From NCBI GenBank assembly GCA_049597955.1, contig JBMYND010000006.1:19928-83927 (forward strand): a DNA stretch of 64,000 nt, given 5' to 3'. The DNA is from Parvibaculales bacterium. GTDB lineage: Bacteria; Pseudomonadota; Alphaproteobacteria; RS24. Position numbers and translations under genes: made by a program. This document shows, in pieces, positions 1 to 9,119 of the stretch (the first letter of the stretch is position 1; each line of letters starts with the position of its first letter). Below the pieces are notes generated by a model. That model did no database searches and was not told where the DNA came from. It saw nothing but the letters and a program-made list of their open reading frames with translations.

Positions 1-12
1 ATTGTCACGCTA

Positions 13-1422
13 TTGCTGGCTGTGCTGGCGGCGGCGCAATTGGCGACGCTGTATTTGCTGGTCGGCGAAAAATTATTTATCGACCGCGCCCAGCAGCTAG
101 ACAATGCCGCCTATCAATTTGTCACTCTGGCGCATTTGCTGGACACAACGCCCGGCTATTTGCATGAGGAGATATTGCTGTCCAATAGTGACGGGCGGGC
201 GCAATTCAGCCTGTCCGAAAGCCGGCAGCTTGATGCGCCCTCGGATACCCGCTTGTCGGCAGAAATCAGCGCGCGGTTTTTTGCCTATCTCGACAAAATG
301 GATTACGGGCTTGGCGATGCGAGTTTTCGTCTGGCCAATGACGTATCAGATAAGGCGAGGGGGTTTTTCGGGCATCGGGCATCGGTTGAATGGCTGGAAA
401 TTGAAGCGCAAATGCCGTCGGGCAATTATCTTTCCGCCCGTTTCGGCCTGGCGCGTATTTCACTTTCCCTGCAAGGTCGGCTGCTGGCTATTTTATTGCT
501 CAGCCTCGCCTTGATAGCCCTGACCGGTATTGTGATTTCGGCCAATATCACGCGCCCGCTGGCCCGGCTGACACGTGCCTCGGCTGATTTTGGTGCGGGC
601 AAATCCGTGCCGGTGCTGACCGAGACCGGCCCGGCTGATATTCGCCAAGCAATTGCCGCCTTTAATGAAATGAATCTGCGGCTTCACGAAGCCATGCGCG
701 CGCAAAAGCAAATGCTGACCGCTATGGGCCATGATTTGCGCTCGCCGCTGACCAGTCTGCGGCTGCGTGCCGAAACTTTGCCCGACAGCGCGGCGCGCAC
801 AAAAATCATCGCCACGCTGGATGAAATGGCGGAAATGGTAAAGACGATATTGCAATATGCTGTCATGCAGGCCGGGGACGATATGGCCGAGGCGACGGCT
901 GCACAAACAATGCTTGATGTTACGGCATTAGTGTCGTCGCTGGTGGCTGATTATCAGGAGACCGGCCGGGCGTGTCATCTTGAAAGCATGCCGCCCGCGC
1001 CGGTCAGCATTATCGGCCATGATATTTCCCTGCGACGCGCTTTGCGCAATGTCATTGACAATGGGCTGTATTACGGGTCGCACGTCACCATTGCTGTTCA
1101 ACTGGCGCATGACCAGCTTGAAATTACCGTGCGCGATAACGGGCCGGGCATTGACGCCGCCCATATTGCCGAGGCCGTGCAACCCTTCTTCAGAGCCGAC
1201 AGCGCCCGCAGCCGGGAAGGCGCGGGCGGCAATGTTGGCCACGGATTTGGCATGGGAGCTGATATGGGGGTTGAGATGGGATTTGGCAAGCATATTGGGA
1301 TGGGGCTGGCCATTACCAATGCCATTATCACCGCCCATCATGGCACGCTTGAACTGGCCAATACCGGCTCCGGCCTGCAAGTGCGCCTGTGCCTGCCGCT
1401 TGCCACATCCGACAGTGTTTAG
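13..1422 (+). CDS. Sensor histidine kinase (TM-periplasmic-TM, HAMP, HisKA, HATPase_c). The frame is open to the window edge, so the true start may lie upstream.
   Basis: H-box MGHDLRSPLTSL, N-box RNVIDNGLYYG, G1 RDNGPGID, F-box FFRAD, G2-like GMGLAI. Hydrophobic segments at the N-terminus and at LLAILLLSLALIALTGIVI. Confidence 0.85.
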   Translation: MLAVLAAAQLATLYLLVGEKLFIDRAQQLDNAAYQFVTLAHLLDTTPGYLHEEILLSNSDGRAQFSLSESRQLDAPSDTRLSAEISARFFAYLDKMDYGLGDASFRLANDVSDKARGFFGHRASVEWLEIEAQMPSGNYLSARFGLARISLSLQGRLLAILLLSLALIALTGIVISANITRPLARLTRASADFGAGKSVPVLTETGPADIRQAIAAFNEMNLRLHEAMRAQKQMLTAMGHDLRSPLTSLRLRAETLPDSAARTKIIATLDEMAEMVKTILQYAVMQAGDDMAEATAAQTMLDVTALVSSLVADYQETGRACHLESMPPAPVSIIGHDISLRRALRNVIDNGLYYGSHVTIAVQLAHDQLEITVRDNGPGIDAAHIAEAVQPFFRADSARSREGAGGNVGHGFGMGADMGVEMGFGKHIGMGLAITNAIITAHHGTLELANTGSGLQVRLCLPLATSDSV

Positions 1423-2981
1423 ACAAATAACAAGACCAGCGCGCAGGTCAGCGCGGTCAAACCGGCAATGGCCAGCAGCAAGGGCCGGTCGGCCAAGGCA
1501 TGGGGAGGCGTATCGCGATAATGCTGCCACAGCAAATCGGGCTCCGGCGCGGGCGGCGGATCGACGAGGCTGACAAGCAACATAATGGCAAAGCACAAAA
1601 GCGCCATAGGCAGCGGCACAAACAGATAATGAATATCAATCCAATTCAGCACATTATTGCAAATAGCCGTCAAAATGGCCGCACCCAGCCCCAATACCAA
1701 CGTATAAAAGGCCGCGCGGGCCGTGGCGCGCGGCCAGAAAATACCGGTCAAATAGACCACCACAAAAGGCGTCACAGAATAAGACAAAACCCCCTGCACA
1801 TATTCAAATAATGAGCCGAAACTGCCAATATTGGGCGCCCAAAGCGCACTTACCAATATTGTTGTGACAATCACTATCCGTGCCACATAAATCAAAGTGC
1901 GGGCCGATGTTTCAGGCCGCAAGCGACGCACAAAATCCATGGTGAATATGGTCGAAGCGGCGTGCAGCGTGCTGTCTGTATTTGACATTAAGGCGGCGGT
2001 CAGCCCGGCCATGACCAATCCCATCGCGCCGACCGGCAAGAGCTCAGTCATCAACACCGGATATATCCGGTCAGGCTCGGTCATGCCGGGAAATAAAATC
2101 GCGGCAAACACGCCGGGCAACACAATAATGAACATGACCGGCAATTTCAGCAATCCGGCAAACAACACACCAAATTGCGCGTCGCGGGCGCTGCGCGCGC
2201 TCAACACCCATTGCACCATATTCTGATTGGTCAGCCAGAAATAGGCACATAAAACCGGAATGCCGGTCAACAGACCCGGCCATGGCACGGCGCGGTCATC
2301 TATTGGCCGGAACAGCGACAAGCTATTCTCAGGCAATTCGGCCTGCCAATCCGGCAGGGCACTGACCCGCAAAAAGGCGAAAACCGATATAACAAGCGCA
2401 CCGGCAATCACCACAATGGATTGCAGCGTGTCGGTTCGAGAAACAGCGCGCATGCCACCTGCAATGGAATATATGCCGGTGAAACTGACGACCAGAAAAA
2501 TCACCATGCTCGGTGACAATGAGGGAATAATCGAGCTTATCAACAGCCCGCCAACATAAAGCGCGCCGGCAAGGTCGATAAAAATCAGCAAAAAGACGAG
2601 AAATATCGAATAAATCACCATGCTGCGTTGGTCATAGCGACGGGCGAGAAACTCTGCCACGGTGAAAATCCGGCTGCCGCGCAGCACTTTGACCAATGCC
2701 AGCGCCATAAAAATCAGCGCAAATATCCCAACCCATTCATAATTGTAAATCGCCACACCGGTGAGATAGGCAGCACCGGTAATGCCAATCAGCGCCGAAG
2801 CAGAAAAATTTGTGGCAAACAGCGAGGCCCCAATGTGATACCAGCGCAAGGAACGACCGGCGAGGAAATAATCTTCCGCCGCATCATGGCGTCGCTTGCC
2901 GGTCAGGCCGAGCAGCAAAAACCCCGCGACAAGGCTTGTCAGCACCAGATAATCCAAACCGGCCATGAATATCGACTCCAA
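1419..2981 (-). CDS. Sodium:solute symporter family (SSF) transporter
   Basis: 520 aa, hydrophobic throughout. SSF-type N-terminal region EDYFLAGRSLRWYHIGASLFATNFSA. Convergent 4-nt stop overlap with the kinase gene. Confidence 0.85.
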   Translation of the reverse strand: MESIFMAGLDYLVLTSLVAGFLLLGLTGKRRHDAAEDYFLAGRSLRWYHIGASLFATNFSASALIGITGAAYLTGVAIYNYEWVGIFALIFMALALVKVLRGSRIFTVAEFLARRYDQRSMVIYSIFLVFLLIFIDLAGALYVGGLLISSIIPSLSPSMVIFLVVSFTGIYSIAGGMRAVSRTDTLQSIVVIAGALVISVFAFLRVSALPDWQAELPENSLSLFRPIDDRAVPWPGLLTGIPVLCAYFWLTNQNMVQWVLSARSARDAQFGVLFAGLLKLPVMFIIVLPGVFAAILFPGMTEPDRIYPVLMTELLPVGAMGLVMAGLTAALMSNTDSTLHAASTIFTMDFVRRLRPETSARTLIYVARIVIVTTILVSALWAPNIGSFGSLFEYVQGVLSYSVTPFVVVYLTGIFWPRATARAAFYTLVLGLGAAILTAICNNVLNWIDIHYLFVPLPMALLCFAIMLLVSLVDPPPAPEPDLLWQHYRDTPPHALADRPLLLAIAGLTALTCALVLLFV

Positions 2982-3070
2982 TTGCGCAGGCCCACCAAGA
3001 ACTGACTATAGGTTTTTTTGGCCGCCCGCCAAAGCGGATAGCGAGGTTATGGGAGAAACAAATAGAAGCA

Positions 3071-3116
3071 ATAAAAATGGGTGATACCGCTGGGGAGAAA
3101 AGAAGCAGTATCACCC
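3071..3116 (-). terminator. Terminator-like stem-loop inside the putative 5' leader of the 1419-2981 symporter gene (possible attenuator)
   Basis: Minus strand reads GGGTGATAC-loop-GTATCACCC followed by ATTTTTAT. Perfect 9-bp stem 3079-3087/3108-3116, extendable by 3 bp after one mismatch. Confidence 0.35.
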
Positions 3117-3144
3117 AAAATGGATACGCGCAGGTATCATGGTC

Positions 3145-3172
3145 TAAATAGCATATTGTCCAACATTGTCAA
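3145..3172 (-). promoter_or_regulatory. Candidate sigma70-type promoter for the symporter gene
   Basis: Minus strand TTGACA (3167-3172), 16-nt spacer, TATTTA (3145-3150). Confidence 0.35.
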
Positions 3173-3173
3173 T
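3155..3173. promoter_or_regulatory. Operator-like 19-mer ATTGTCCAACATTGTCAAT
   Basis: 18/19 identical to 13066-13084 upstream of the TBDR gene. Overlaps the -35/spacer of the candidate symporter promoter. Confidence 0.4.
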
Positions 3174-3179
3174 TTTTTT

Positions 3180-3196
3180 ATTGTCCTAAAGACAAT
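3180..3196. promoter_or_regulatory. Palindrome ATTGTC-N5-GACAAT just upstream of a perfect TATAAT (3208-3213)
   Basis: ATTGTCCTAAAGACAAT. The same 6-bp arms recur at 14512-14530 upstream of the GH3 gene. Confidence 0.4.
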
Positions 3197-3340
3197 TTTA
3201 TTTTGGGTATAATTTGATGGGATTTGACACATATTGAGGGATTGAATACATCACAGAATATCCTGTCGGCTTGGATAAGTTGAAAAGGATAAATCAAGCA
3301 TCCGGTTTGATTTTCAAACCGCAAGCAAAGCAGGGACAAT

Positions 3341-4048
3341 ATGTCTTCACAGCCATGCCAAGTGCAAAATGTCGGCAACAGCAAAACACCGGTTTTGGTG
3401 TTTGATGATTTTCATGAGAATTGCGCCGAGATTGCAGATTACGCCGTCAATAAAGCTGATTTCACCAATGCGCCGAGTGATGCCTTTCCCGGCTATAAAG
3501 CCGCCCTGCCGCAAGATTTGACTTTGGACATGCTGCGCGCCGTGCTGCCCGATATTTACACGCATTATGCCGTGCCGCGCGATTTGCGCATCAATGTAAT
3601 ATCGGCGTTTTTCGGGCTTGTTTCAGACCCTGACGACACGCTGGATGCCACGCAAAGCCGACCGCATTATGACCATGCCCTGCCCTGTTCTTTTGCGATT
3701 TTGCATTATGTCAATCCCGGGCAATTTGGCGGCACCGGCTTTTTCCGACATATGCCTTCCGGTTTTGAACTGATTACCGGCGACAATCAAAAAGACTATC
3801 ACCGCTCGGTTGACGGGTTTTTATCGGAACATGGCCTGCCGCAAGGCTATGATATGACGCAGCAAGACCATTACAAATTGCTTGATGCTGTCGATTATCA
3901 CACAAATCGCCTGCTGATTTATCCATCCGGGCTTTTGCATTCCGGACTGATAAACCCGCCGGAGGATTTAAGCCCAGACCCGGCGCTTGGTCGGCTGACC
4001 AGCTCGATTTTCATCAATTTTTACGCACCGGACGCCGCCGCATCCTGA
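3341..4048 (+). CDS. Conserved hypothetical protein, possibly a 2OG/Fe(II)-oxygenase-like fold (resembles proteins I recall as DUF6445; unverified)
   Basis: 235-aa ORF with no signal peptide. H-x-D in RPHYDH and a distal His in LLHSG. TATAAT at 3208-3213. Divergent from the symporter gene. Confidence 0.55.
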   Translation: MSSQPCQVQNVGNSKTPVLVFDDFHENCAEIADYAVNKADFTNAPSDAFPGYKAALPQDLTLDMLRAVLPDIYTHYAVPRDLRINVISAFFGLVSDPDDTLDATQSRPHYDHALPCSFAILHYVNPGQFGGTGFFRHMPSGFELITGDNQKDYHRSVDGFLSEHGLPQGYDMTQQDHYKLLDAVDYHTNRLLIYPSGLLHSGLINPPEDLSPDPALGRLTSSIFINFYAPDAAAS

Positions 4049-4058
4049 TTGGCGCATA

Positions 4059-5021
4059 TTAATTGCTGGAACGACACGCTTCGCCCGTGCCATCCGGGCA
4101 TTGATAGACGCGCACATAATCAACCACAACCGATTTCGGGAAATCCATGGAGAAAAAGCCGACATTATTGTTTTCTTCCGGCCATTTGCCGCCAATCGCC
4201 AGATTCAGAATAATGTGAAAACGTTGGTCAAAAGGCGCATTGGCGCTCTCAGTATTGGCGGCGGTGAACCAATCATCCTGCGTCAGGGTCGAAAAATGCT
4301 TGCCATCGACATACCAGCGCATTTGCGTCGGCTCCCATTCAATCGCGTAAGTATGAAAGCCGGTCACTGGCGCCGTTAAATGTGTTTCCCTGCTCGTATG
4401 GGTGTTTTTCGGCGGTGACTTACCGAAATGCAGCGTGCCATAGACACGATCTTCGCGCCCGCCCTCACATTCAGGGCAGTCCATACCGAGATTTATTGCT
4501 TCCATAATGTCAATTTCACCCGAAAGCGGCCAACCGCCATAAGCCCAATCGGTTGGCAGCATCCAAAAGGCCGGCCATGCGCCCTGCCCGGTCGGCAATT
4601 TCATGCGCGCCTCAAACCGGCCATATGTCCAGTCGCCCTTGGTTTTGGTGGTGATGCGACCGGAAGAAAATGGTCGCCTGACTTTTTCAAAACGCTGTTT
4701 GCCTCTGAGTTTCATGCCTTCTGTGCCGGCGCGCCAGCTTTTCGGCCAAGCATAGCCTTTGGTGGTTTTTTTCAGCGCGGTGATATTCAAAACCCCGTCT
4801 TTAACCGACACATTTTCCGTCTTGTCAGTATAGCATTGACGCTCATTATTGCCGCCGCCCCAGCAATCTTCTTCATAATTCCACTTGGTCGTGTCCAAGC
4901 TGTCGCCGTCAAACTCATCTGACCAGACAAGCTGCCAACTCTCTTTTGCGCTTGCCTTTTCAACAGCGCCGTAAAAACAACCAAAAATTAAACACAGCAG
5001 AACAGAGAAAGTGAATCGCAT
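4059..5021 (-). CDS. Glycoside hydrolase family 16 endo-beta-1,3-glucanase (laminarinase), secreted
   Basis: GH16 catalytic ExDxxE in GEIDIMEA, WPAFWMLP, N-terminal signal peptide. The start ATG overlaps the upstream stop (TAATG at 5019-5023). Confidence 0.9.
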   Translation of the reverse strand: MRFTFSVLLCLIFGCFYGAVEKASAKESWQLVWSDEFDGDSLDTTKWNYEEDCWGGGNNERQCYTDKTENVSVKDGVLNITALKKTTKGYAWPKSWRAGTEGMKLRGKQRFEKVRRPFSSGRITTKTKGDWTYGRFEARMKLPTGQGAWPAFWMLPTDWAYGGWPLSGEIDIMEAINLGMDCPECEGGREDRVYGTLHFGKSPPKNTHTSRETHLTAPVTGFHTYAIEWEPTQMRWYVDGKHFSTLTQDDWFTAANTESANAPFDQRFHIILNLAIGGKWPEENNNVGFFSMDFPKSVVVDYVRVYQCPDGTGEACRSSN

Positions 5022-6493
5022 TAATTGGCACCCATATATTTCATAAGATATTGCTCGTGGGTCGGCACGTCCCTTAATCTTTCTTCAATTGGCAGGTGAA
5101 GGCCGTCCAAAAAGGTTTTTAATTCATCATCCGACATTCGCGCCGTCAGTTGATGCCAACTTTCTGGCTTCAAGCCCTGACCCAACATGACCTGCACCCA
5201 ACTTTCCTCTTCAAAAAGCATATTATCTCGGTAAGGAACGGATCCTGTGGCAATAAACAGATCGACCGCAGCCTTCACCGAGGCTGGCACCTCAACCTTT
5301 TGACATTTCTGCCAAAATGGCTCCGGGCGATTATTGAGCAAATAATGAAGAATAATGAAATCTTTTGTTCTGTCCCAATCATCACAGGTTTTCTGATTAA
5401 ACAGGTTTACATTATCAGGCTTATGCTCAATTGATACTTGGTGACGGATAAACTTCAAAAGAGCTTCGTGAATAAAGAAAATGCTCGTGGATTCCAGCGG
5501 CTCCAAAAATCCGGCCGACAAGCCGACAGCCAAGCAATTGTTTTTCCAATGTTCGCGCCTCATTCCCGGGGTAAACCGAATATGATTCGGCTTGCTGATA
5601 ACCTCGCCATCTACGGATGATAAAAGTTTATCTAATGCTGCCTCATCATCCAGAAATGCTGAGGAATACACTATGCCATTGCCCGTCCGGCTATTCAGCG
5701 GTATCCGCCACTGCCAACCTGCCTCGTGGGCAATTGACCTTGTATATGGCACGGGCGCTTTAACTTTTTCGGTTTGGACTGCAATCGCCCGATCACAAAA
5801 CAAATGATGCGACCAGTCTTCGAATGGAACGCCCAACGCCTCGCCTATCAAAAGGGCACGAAAACCAGTGCAATCAATAAAGAAATCACCCGCGAAACTG
5901 CGCCCGTCACTTAACTCCAATGAAACAATGTCGCCCGATTCACTGTCTTGATTGACTTTAGATATTTTACCTTCCACACGCCGAACCCCTGCCCGCTCGC
6001 ATTTTTGACGAAGCAATTTGGCATAGGCGGCCGAGTCAAAATGATAGGCGTAAGTTATGCCGCAATCATGAGAAAAAACGCCGCGCTCTGCCGCCACAGC
6101 TTCGGCACTAAAGGTGTCATAAGGATAATCCAACCCCCTTTTTTCGGCTGACAACCAGTAATGTTGGAAGGACGCTGCCCAATGTTTCAAACCCGTCTCT
6201 CCAAAGGCATGATAGTAAGATGCGCCCTGTTCCTTCCAATTCTCAAATTTAATGCCAAGTTTGAAACTTGCATTAGTCGCGGACACAAATTGTGCCTCGT
6301 CAAGACCAAGAATGTGATGAAAAGTTTTTATTGGTGGTATGGTTGCTTCACCAACGCCAATTGTTCGAATCTCATCGGACTCAATCAACACAATATCCGC
6401 AACATGCTGCATAAACTTGCTTAGCACCGCGGCAGCCGACCATCCGGCGGTTCCTCCACCGGCAATAATGTATTTCTGTTTTTTTTCCGTCAT
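5021..6493 (-). CDS. Flavin-dependent halogenase family protein ('tryptophan halogenase' homologue), paralogue 1
   Basis: GxGxxG at IIAGGGTAGWSAA, WxWxIP signature GWQWRIP, GLSAGFLEPLESTSI. No signal peptide. Confidence 0.85.
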   Translation of the reverse strand: MTEKKQKYIIAGGGTAGWSAAAVLSKFMQHVADIVLIESDEIRTIGVGEATIPPIKTFHHILGLDEAQFVSATNASFKLGIKFENWKEQGASYYHAFGETGLKHWAASFQHYWLSAEKRGLDYPYDTFSAEAVAAERGVFSHDCGITYAYHFDSAAYAKLLRQKCERAGVRRVEGKISKVNQDSESGDIVSLELSDGRSFAGDFFIDCTGFRALLIGEALGVPFEDWSHHLFCDRAIAVQTEKVKAPVPYTRSIAHEAGWQWRIPLNSRTGNGIVYSSAFLDDEAALDKLLSSVDGEVISKPNHIRFTPGMRREHWKNNCLAVGLSAGFLEPLESTSIFFIHEALLKFIRHQVSIEHKPDNVNLFNQKTCDDWDRTKDFIILHYLLNNRPEPFWQKCQKVEVPASVKAAVDLFIATGSVPYRDNMLFEEESWVQVMLGQGLKPESWHQLTARMSDDELKTFLDGLHLPIEERLRDVPTHEQYLMKYMGAN

Positions 6494-6544
6494 CTGCTAT
6501 CTCATCTCATTTAACTGATACATCGCAATACCCGCACAACCCGG

Positions 6545-8023
6545 CTAGGCAACGCTCTCAAATTCGGCTTTAAGATAGTCCGAATGACCAGGCATCAGCC
6601 CTACCTTGCGACCAATGTCGCGTGAAATTTGTTCAAGAAGGCCCAAGATTTGGGTCTCTGACATATCATAAACCTTTGGGTGAACTGATTTTGGCATAAT
6701 CCCCTGCCCCAGCATGACTTGTATCCACGAGTTTTCAGTGAATAAATCCTCCAAATTCCTGAAAACAGAACCCGTTTGTTCGAATAAAGCTACGCGGTGA
6801 CGCAGGCTTTCGGGCACATTTAGGTTCTGGCATTCCTTCCAAAATGGATTGTCTTTTTGATTAACCCAATAATGCAGAAGCAAAAAATCTCGCGCTTGGA
6901 GAGCCTCTTTTTCCACCAAATTATTGTATTCTCGAATGCTCTCAGACGGTGTTTCGCCTAATGAGAGAAGCCGTATCAAGCGAGAAAGACTGAAATGAAT
7001 CAGATGAATACTCGTCGATTCCAATGGTTCCAAAAAGCCTGCTGATAGACCAATGGCAATACAATTTTTATACCATTGTTGTTTCCGAACACCTGTCCGA
7101 AACTTTATAAAATTAGGTTTGGAAATTGGCTCTTCGTTCAAATCACTGAAAAATTGATTATATGCGCTATCGTCATCCATAAAATGACTGCAATATATGA
7201 AGCCATTTCCTACCCTATGTTGCAAGGGAATTTGCCAGCGCCAACCTGCACTATGCGCGACAGACCGTGTAAAGGGAGGCTGTTCCCCCTTTAGTTCAGT
7301 TTGAAACGCAATTGCGCGGTCGCACATAAGCAGGTCAGACCAATCATCATAACCAATGCCGAGTGCTTCGCCGATTAGCAGCGCCCGAAAGCCAGTGCAG
7401 TCAATGAAAATATCTCCATTTACGAGCCTGCCATCGGTCAAATGCAGAGAGGCAATTTCTCCGGTTTGCGGGGCCAAATTCACTTTTTCTATTTTTCCTT
7501 CCAATCGCGCCACACCGCGTTTTTCTGAGAGGCTTCTGAGAAACTTTCCATATAATCCCGAGTCCAAATGATAGGCGTATGACAATCCATATTGCCGTGA
7601 AAATTTATTATGGGCAGCTGCAATACTTTCGAAACTGTAAATATGGTAGGGGTTTGGGTTGCCGAGACCCTTAGCACCAAGCCAAAAATGCTGAAAACCG
7701 GAGGACCAGTGATCTATGCCTGTTGTTCCAAAAGAGTGGAAATAATCGACACCTTCCTGAGACCAGTTTTCAAAATTAATACCCAACTTAAATGTGGCAT
7801 TGGTCGCGCGCATAAAGTCATCTTCATCAATGCCAGCCAATTCGTGAAATTTGCGAATGGTCGGAATTGTCGCCTCGCCGACGCCAACTGTCCCTATCTC
7901 ATCGGACTCAACAAGAATGATTTCAAAGACTTTGCCAAATAGATTACTCAATAGCGCCGCAGCAGACCAGCCAGCTGTGCCACCACCGGCAATGACAATT
8001 CGTTTTTGTCGTGATATCTGCAA
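6545..8023 (-). CDS. Flavin-dependent halogenase family protein ('tryptophan halogenase' homologue), paralogue 2
   Basis: VIAGGGTAGWSAA, GWRWQIP, GLSAGFLEPLESTSI. Collinear with paralogue 1 over the full length. Confidence 0.85.
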   Translation of the reverse strand: MQISRQKRIVIAGGGTAGWSAAALLSNLFGKVFEIILVESDEIGTVGVGEATIPTIRKFHELAGIDEDDFMRATNATFKLGINFENWSQEGVDYFHSFGTTGIDHWSSGFQHFWLGAKGLGNPNPYHIYSFESIAAAHNKFSRQYGLSYAYHLDSGLYGKFLRSLSEKRGVARLEGKIEKVNLAPQTGEIASLHLTDGRLVNGDIFIDCTGFRALLIGEALGIGYDDWSDLLMCDRAIAFQTELKGEQPPFTRSVAHSAGWRWQIPLQHRVGNGFIYCSHFMDDDSAYNQFFSDLNEEPISKPNFIKFRTGVRKQQWYKNCIAIGLSAGFLEPLESTSIHLIHFSLSRLIRLLSLGETPSESIREYNNLVEKEALQARDFLLLHYWVNQKDNPFWKECQNLNVPESLRHRVALFEQTGSVFRNLEDLFTENSWIQVMLGQGIMPKSVHPKVYDMSETQILGLLEQISRDIGRKVGLMPGHSDYLKAEFESVA

Positions 8024-8033
8024 AACAAACTCC

Positions 8034-9107
8034 CTATCTGACCAATTTAGTCTGCAAATACCGGCGCAAATAATTTCCGGTTCTCGGCGTCAATTTTTCA
8101 TGAATGCCCATCGCATTGCTTGGTATGTGTTCAAAAAGTTCAGGCCTATGATTGAACACATAGGAATCAAACATTTCTTTCCAAAAGTCTTTCTTATCTT
8201 GCGGTAAGTCCCTGATAGACCAAAGCGCATGCCAGAGGGCGTATTCGGGTTCGCCAAGAAAGGCACCGTCTTCGTGCCACCAATAATTCACCAATATGTT
8301 GAACTTTTGCAAACCCTCAACATGATGCCACCACATGCTTGGAATAAAAATCAGGTCGCCCGGTTCCAGCGTCGCCTGATAGGCCGTGGAAAGCGCCTCT
8401 GAAAATCTCGGATATTTTTCAAAATCCGGATTGGCGAAATCGACCATGCTGATAGCACGCCCTGCCGGCGTCTTGTGCATTGGCCCCAAATAGAGATTTT
8501 TATACTGGTCGGGCGGAAACAAAATGAAATGCCTTTGACCTGCGGCAACACAAGCAAAGTTATCTGTATAATCACTGTGTGCCGGAATGCGTGTTTTGGT
8601 TCCTGTCCATATGGAGCAGCGGACTGAATTGCGATCAAATTCGAAGGGATTGTCATCGACAAAACCGGGCAAATGTTTTCGCACCTCCAGCGAACCGGAA
8701 TAAATCATCGACTGACAAGCATCGAATTCAGAATTCTTCATATCCTCAAAAATTGAGGCCAGGTTTTCACTGGTTTCAATAAAGTTTAAGTCCATTTCAG
8801 AGGTATAAGTTACATAATTGCCCGCTTCAGGCTTACCTCTAAAGACACCGCAAGGGCGGCCTTCATAAAATGATAGTAGATAGCGGCGCGCGTCATCATT
8901 GGATTTTTGACTGGCTTTCACAAGGGGCCAATCAGAAACAATGCCTCGAACAATAAATGGCTTGCGCTCCCCAATGTGCTGGATAAGGTCACCCACATTG
9001 TCTACAGACTTGGTCTCAATACTATTCGGTATTTTTAGATTCGTAACTTCAGTCTCTGAACCAATTGGGCTTTTGTCATCAGGCCGCATCTGCTTCCTCC
9101 GCCTCAA
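8034..9107 (-). CDS. Cupin-like (JmjC / Cupin_8-type) domain protein, putative Fe(II)/2-oxoglutarate hydroxylase
   Basis: HxD in IPAHSDYTDNF, GQRHFILFPP, distal His in GDLIFIPSMWWHHVEG. Confidence 0.75.
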   Translation of the reverse strand: MRRRKQMRPDDKSPIGSETEVTNLKIPNSIETKSVDNVGDLIQHIGERKPFIVRGIVSDWPLVKASQKSNDDARRYLLSFYEGRPCGVFRGKPEAGNYVTYTSEMDLNFIETSENLASIFEDMKNSEFDACQSMIYSGSLEVRKHLPGFVDDNPFEFDRNSVRCSIWTGTKTRIPAHSDYTDNFACVAAGQRHFILFPPDQYKNLYLGPMHKTPAGRAISMVDFANPDFEKYPRFSEALSTAYQATLEPGDLIFIPSMWWHHVEGLQKFNILVNYWWHEDGAFLGEPEYALWHALWSIRDLPQDKKDFWKEMFDSYVFNHRPELFEHIPSNAMGIHEKLTPRTGNYLRRYLQTKLVR

Positions 9108-9119
9108 AATAATTTGAAA

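Noticed and set aside
5021-8023. Halogenated natural-product biosynthetic gene cluster
   Set aside because: There is no NRPS/PKS, carrier protein, flavin reductase, prenyltransferase or tailoring/export gene. The genes sit in a glycan-uptake operon instead.
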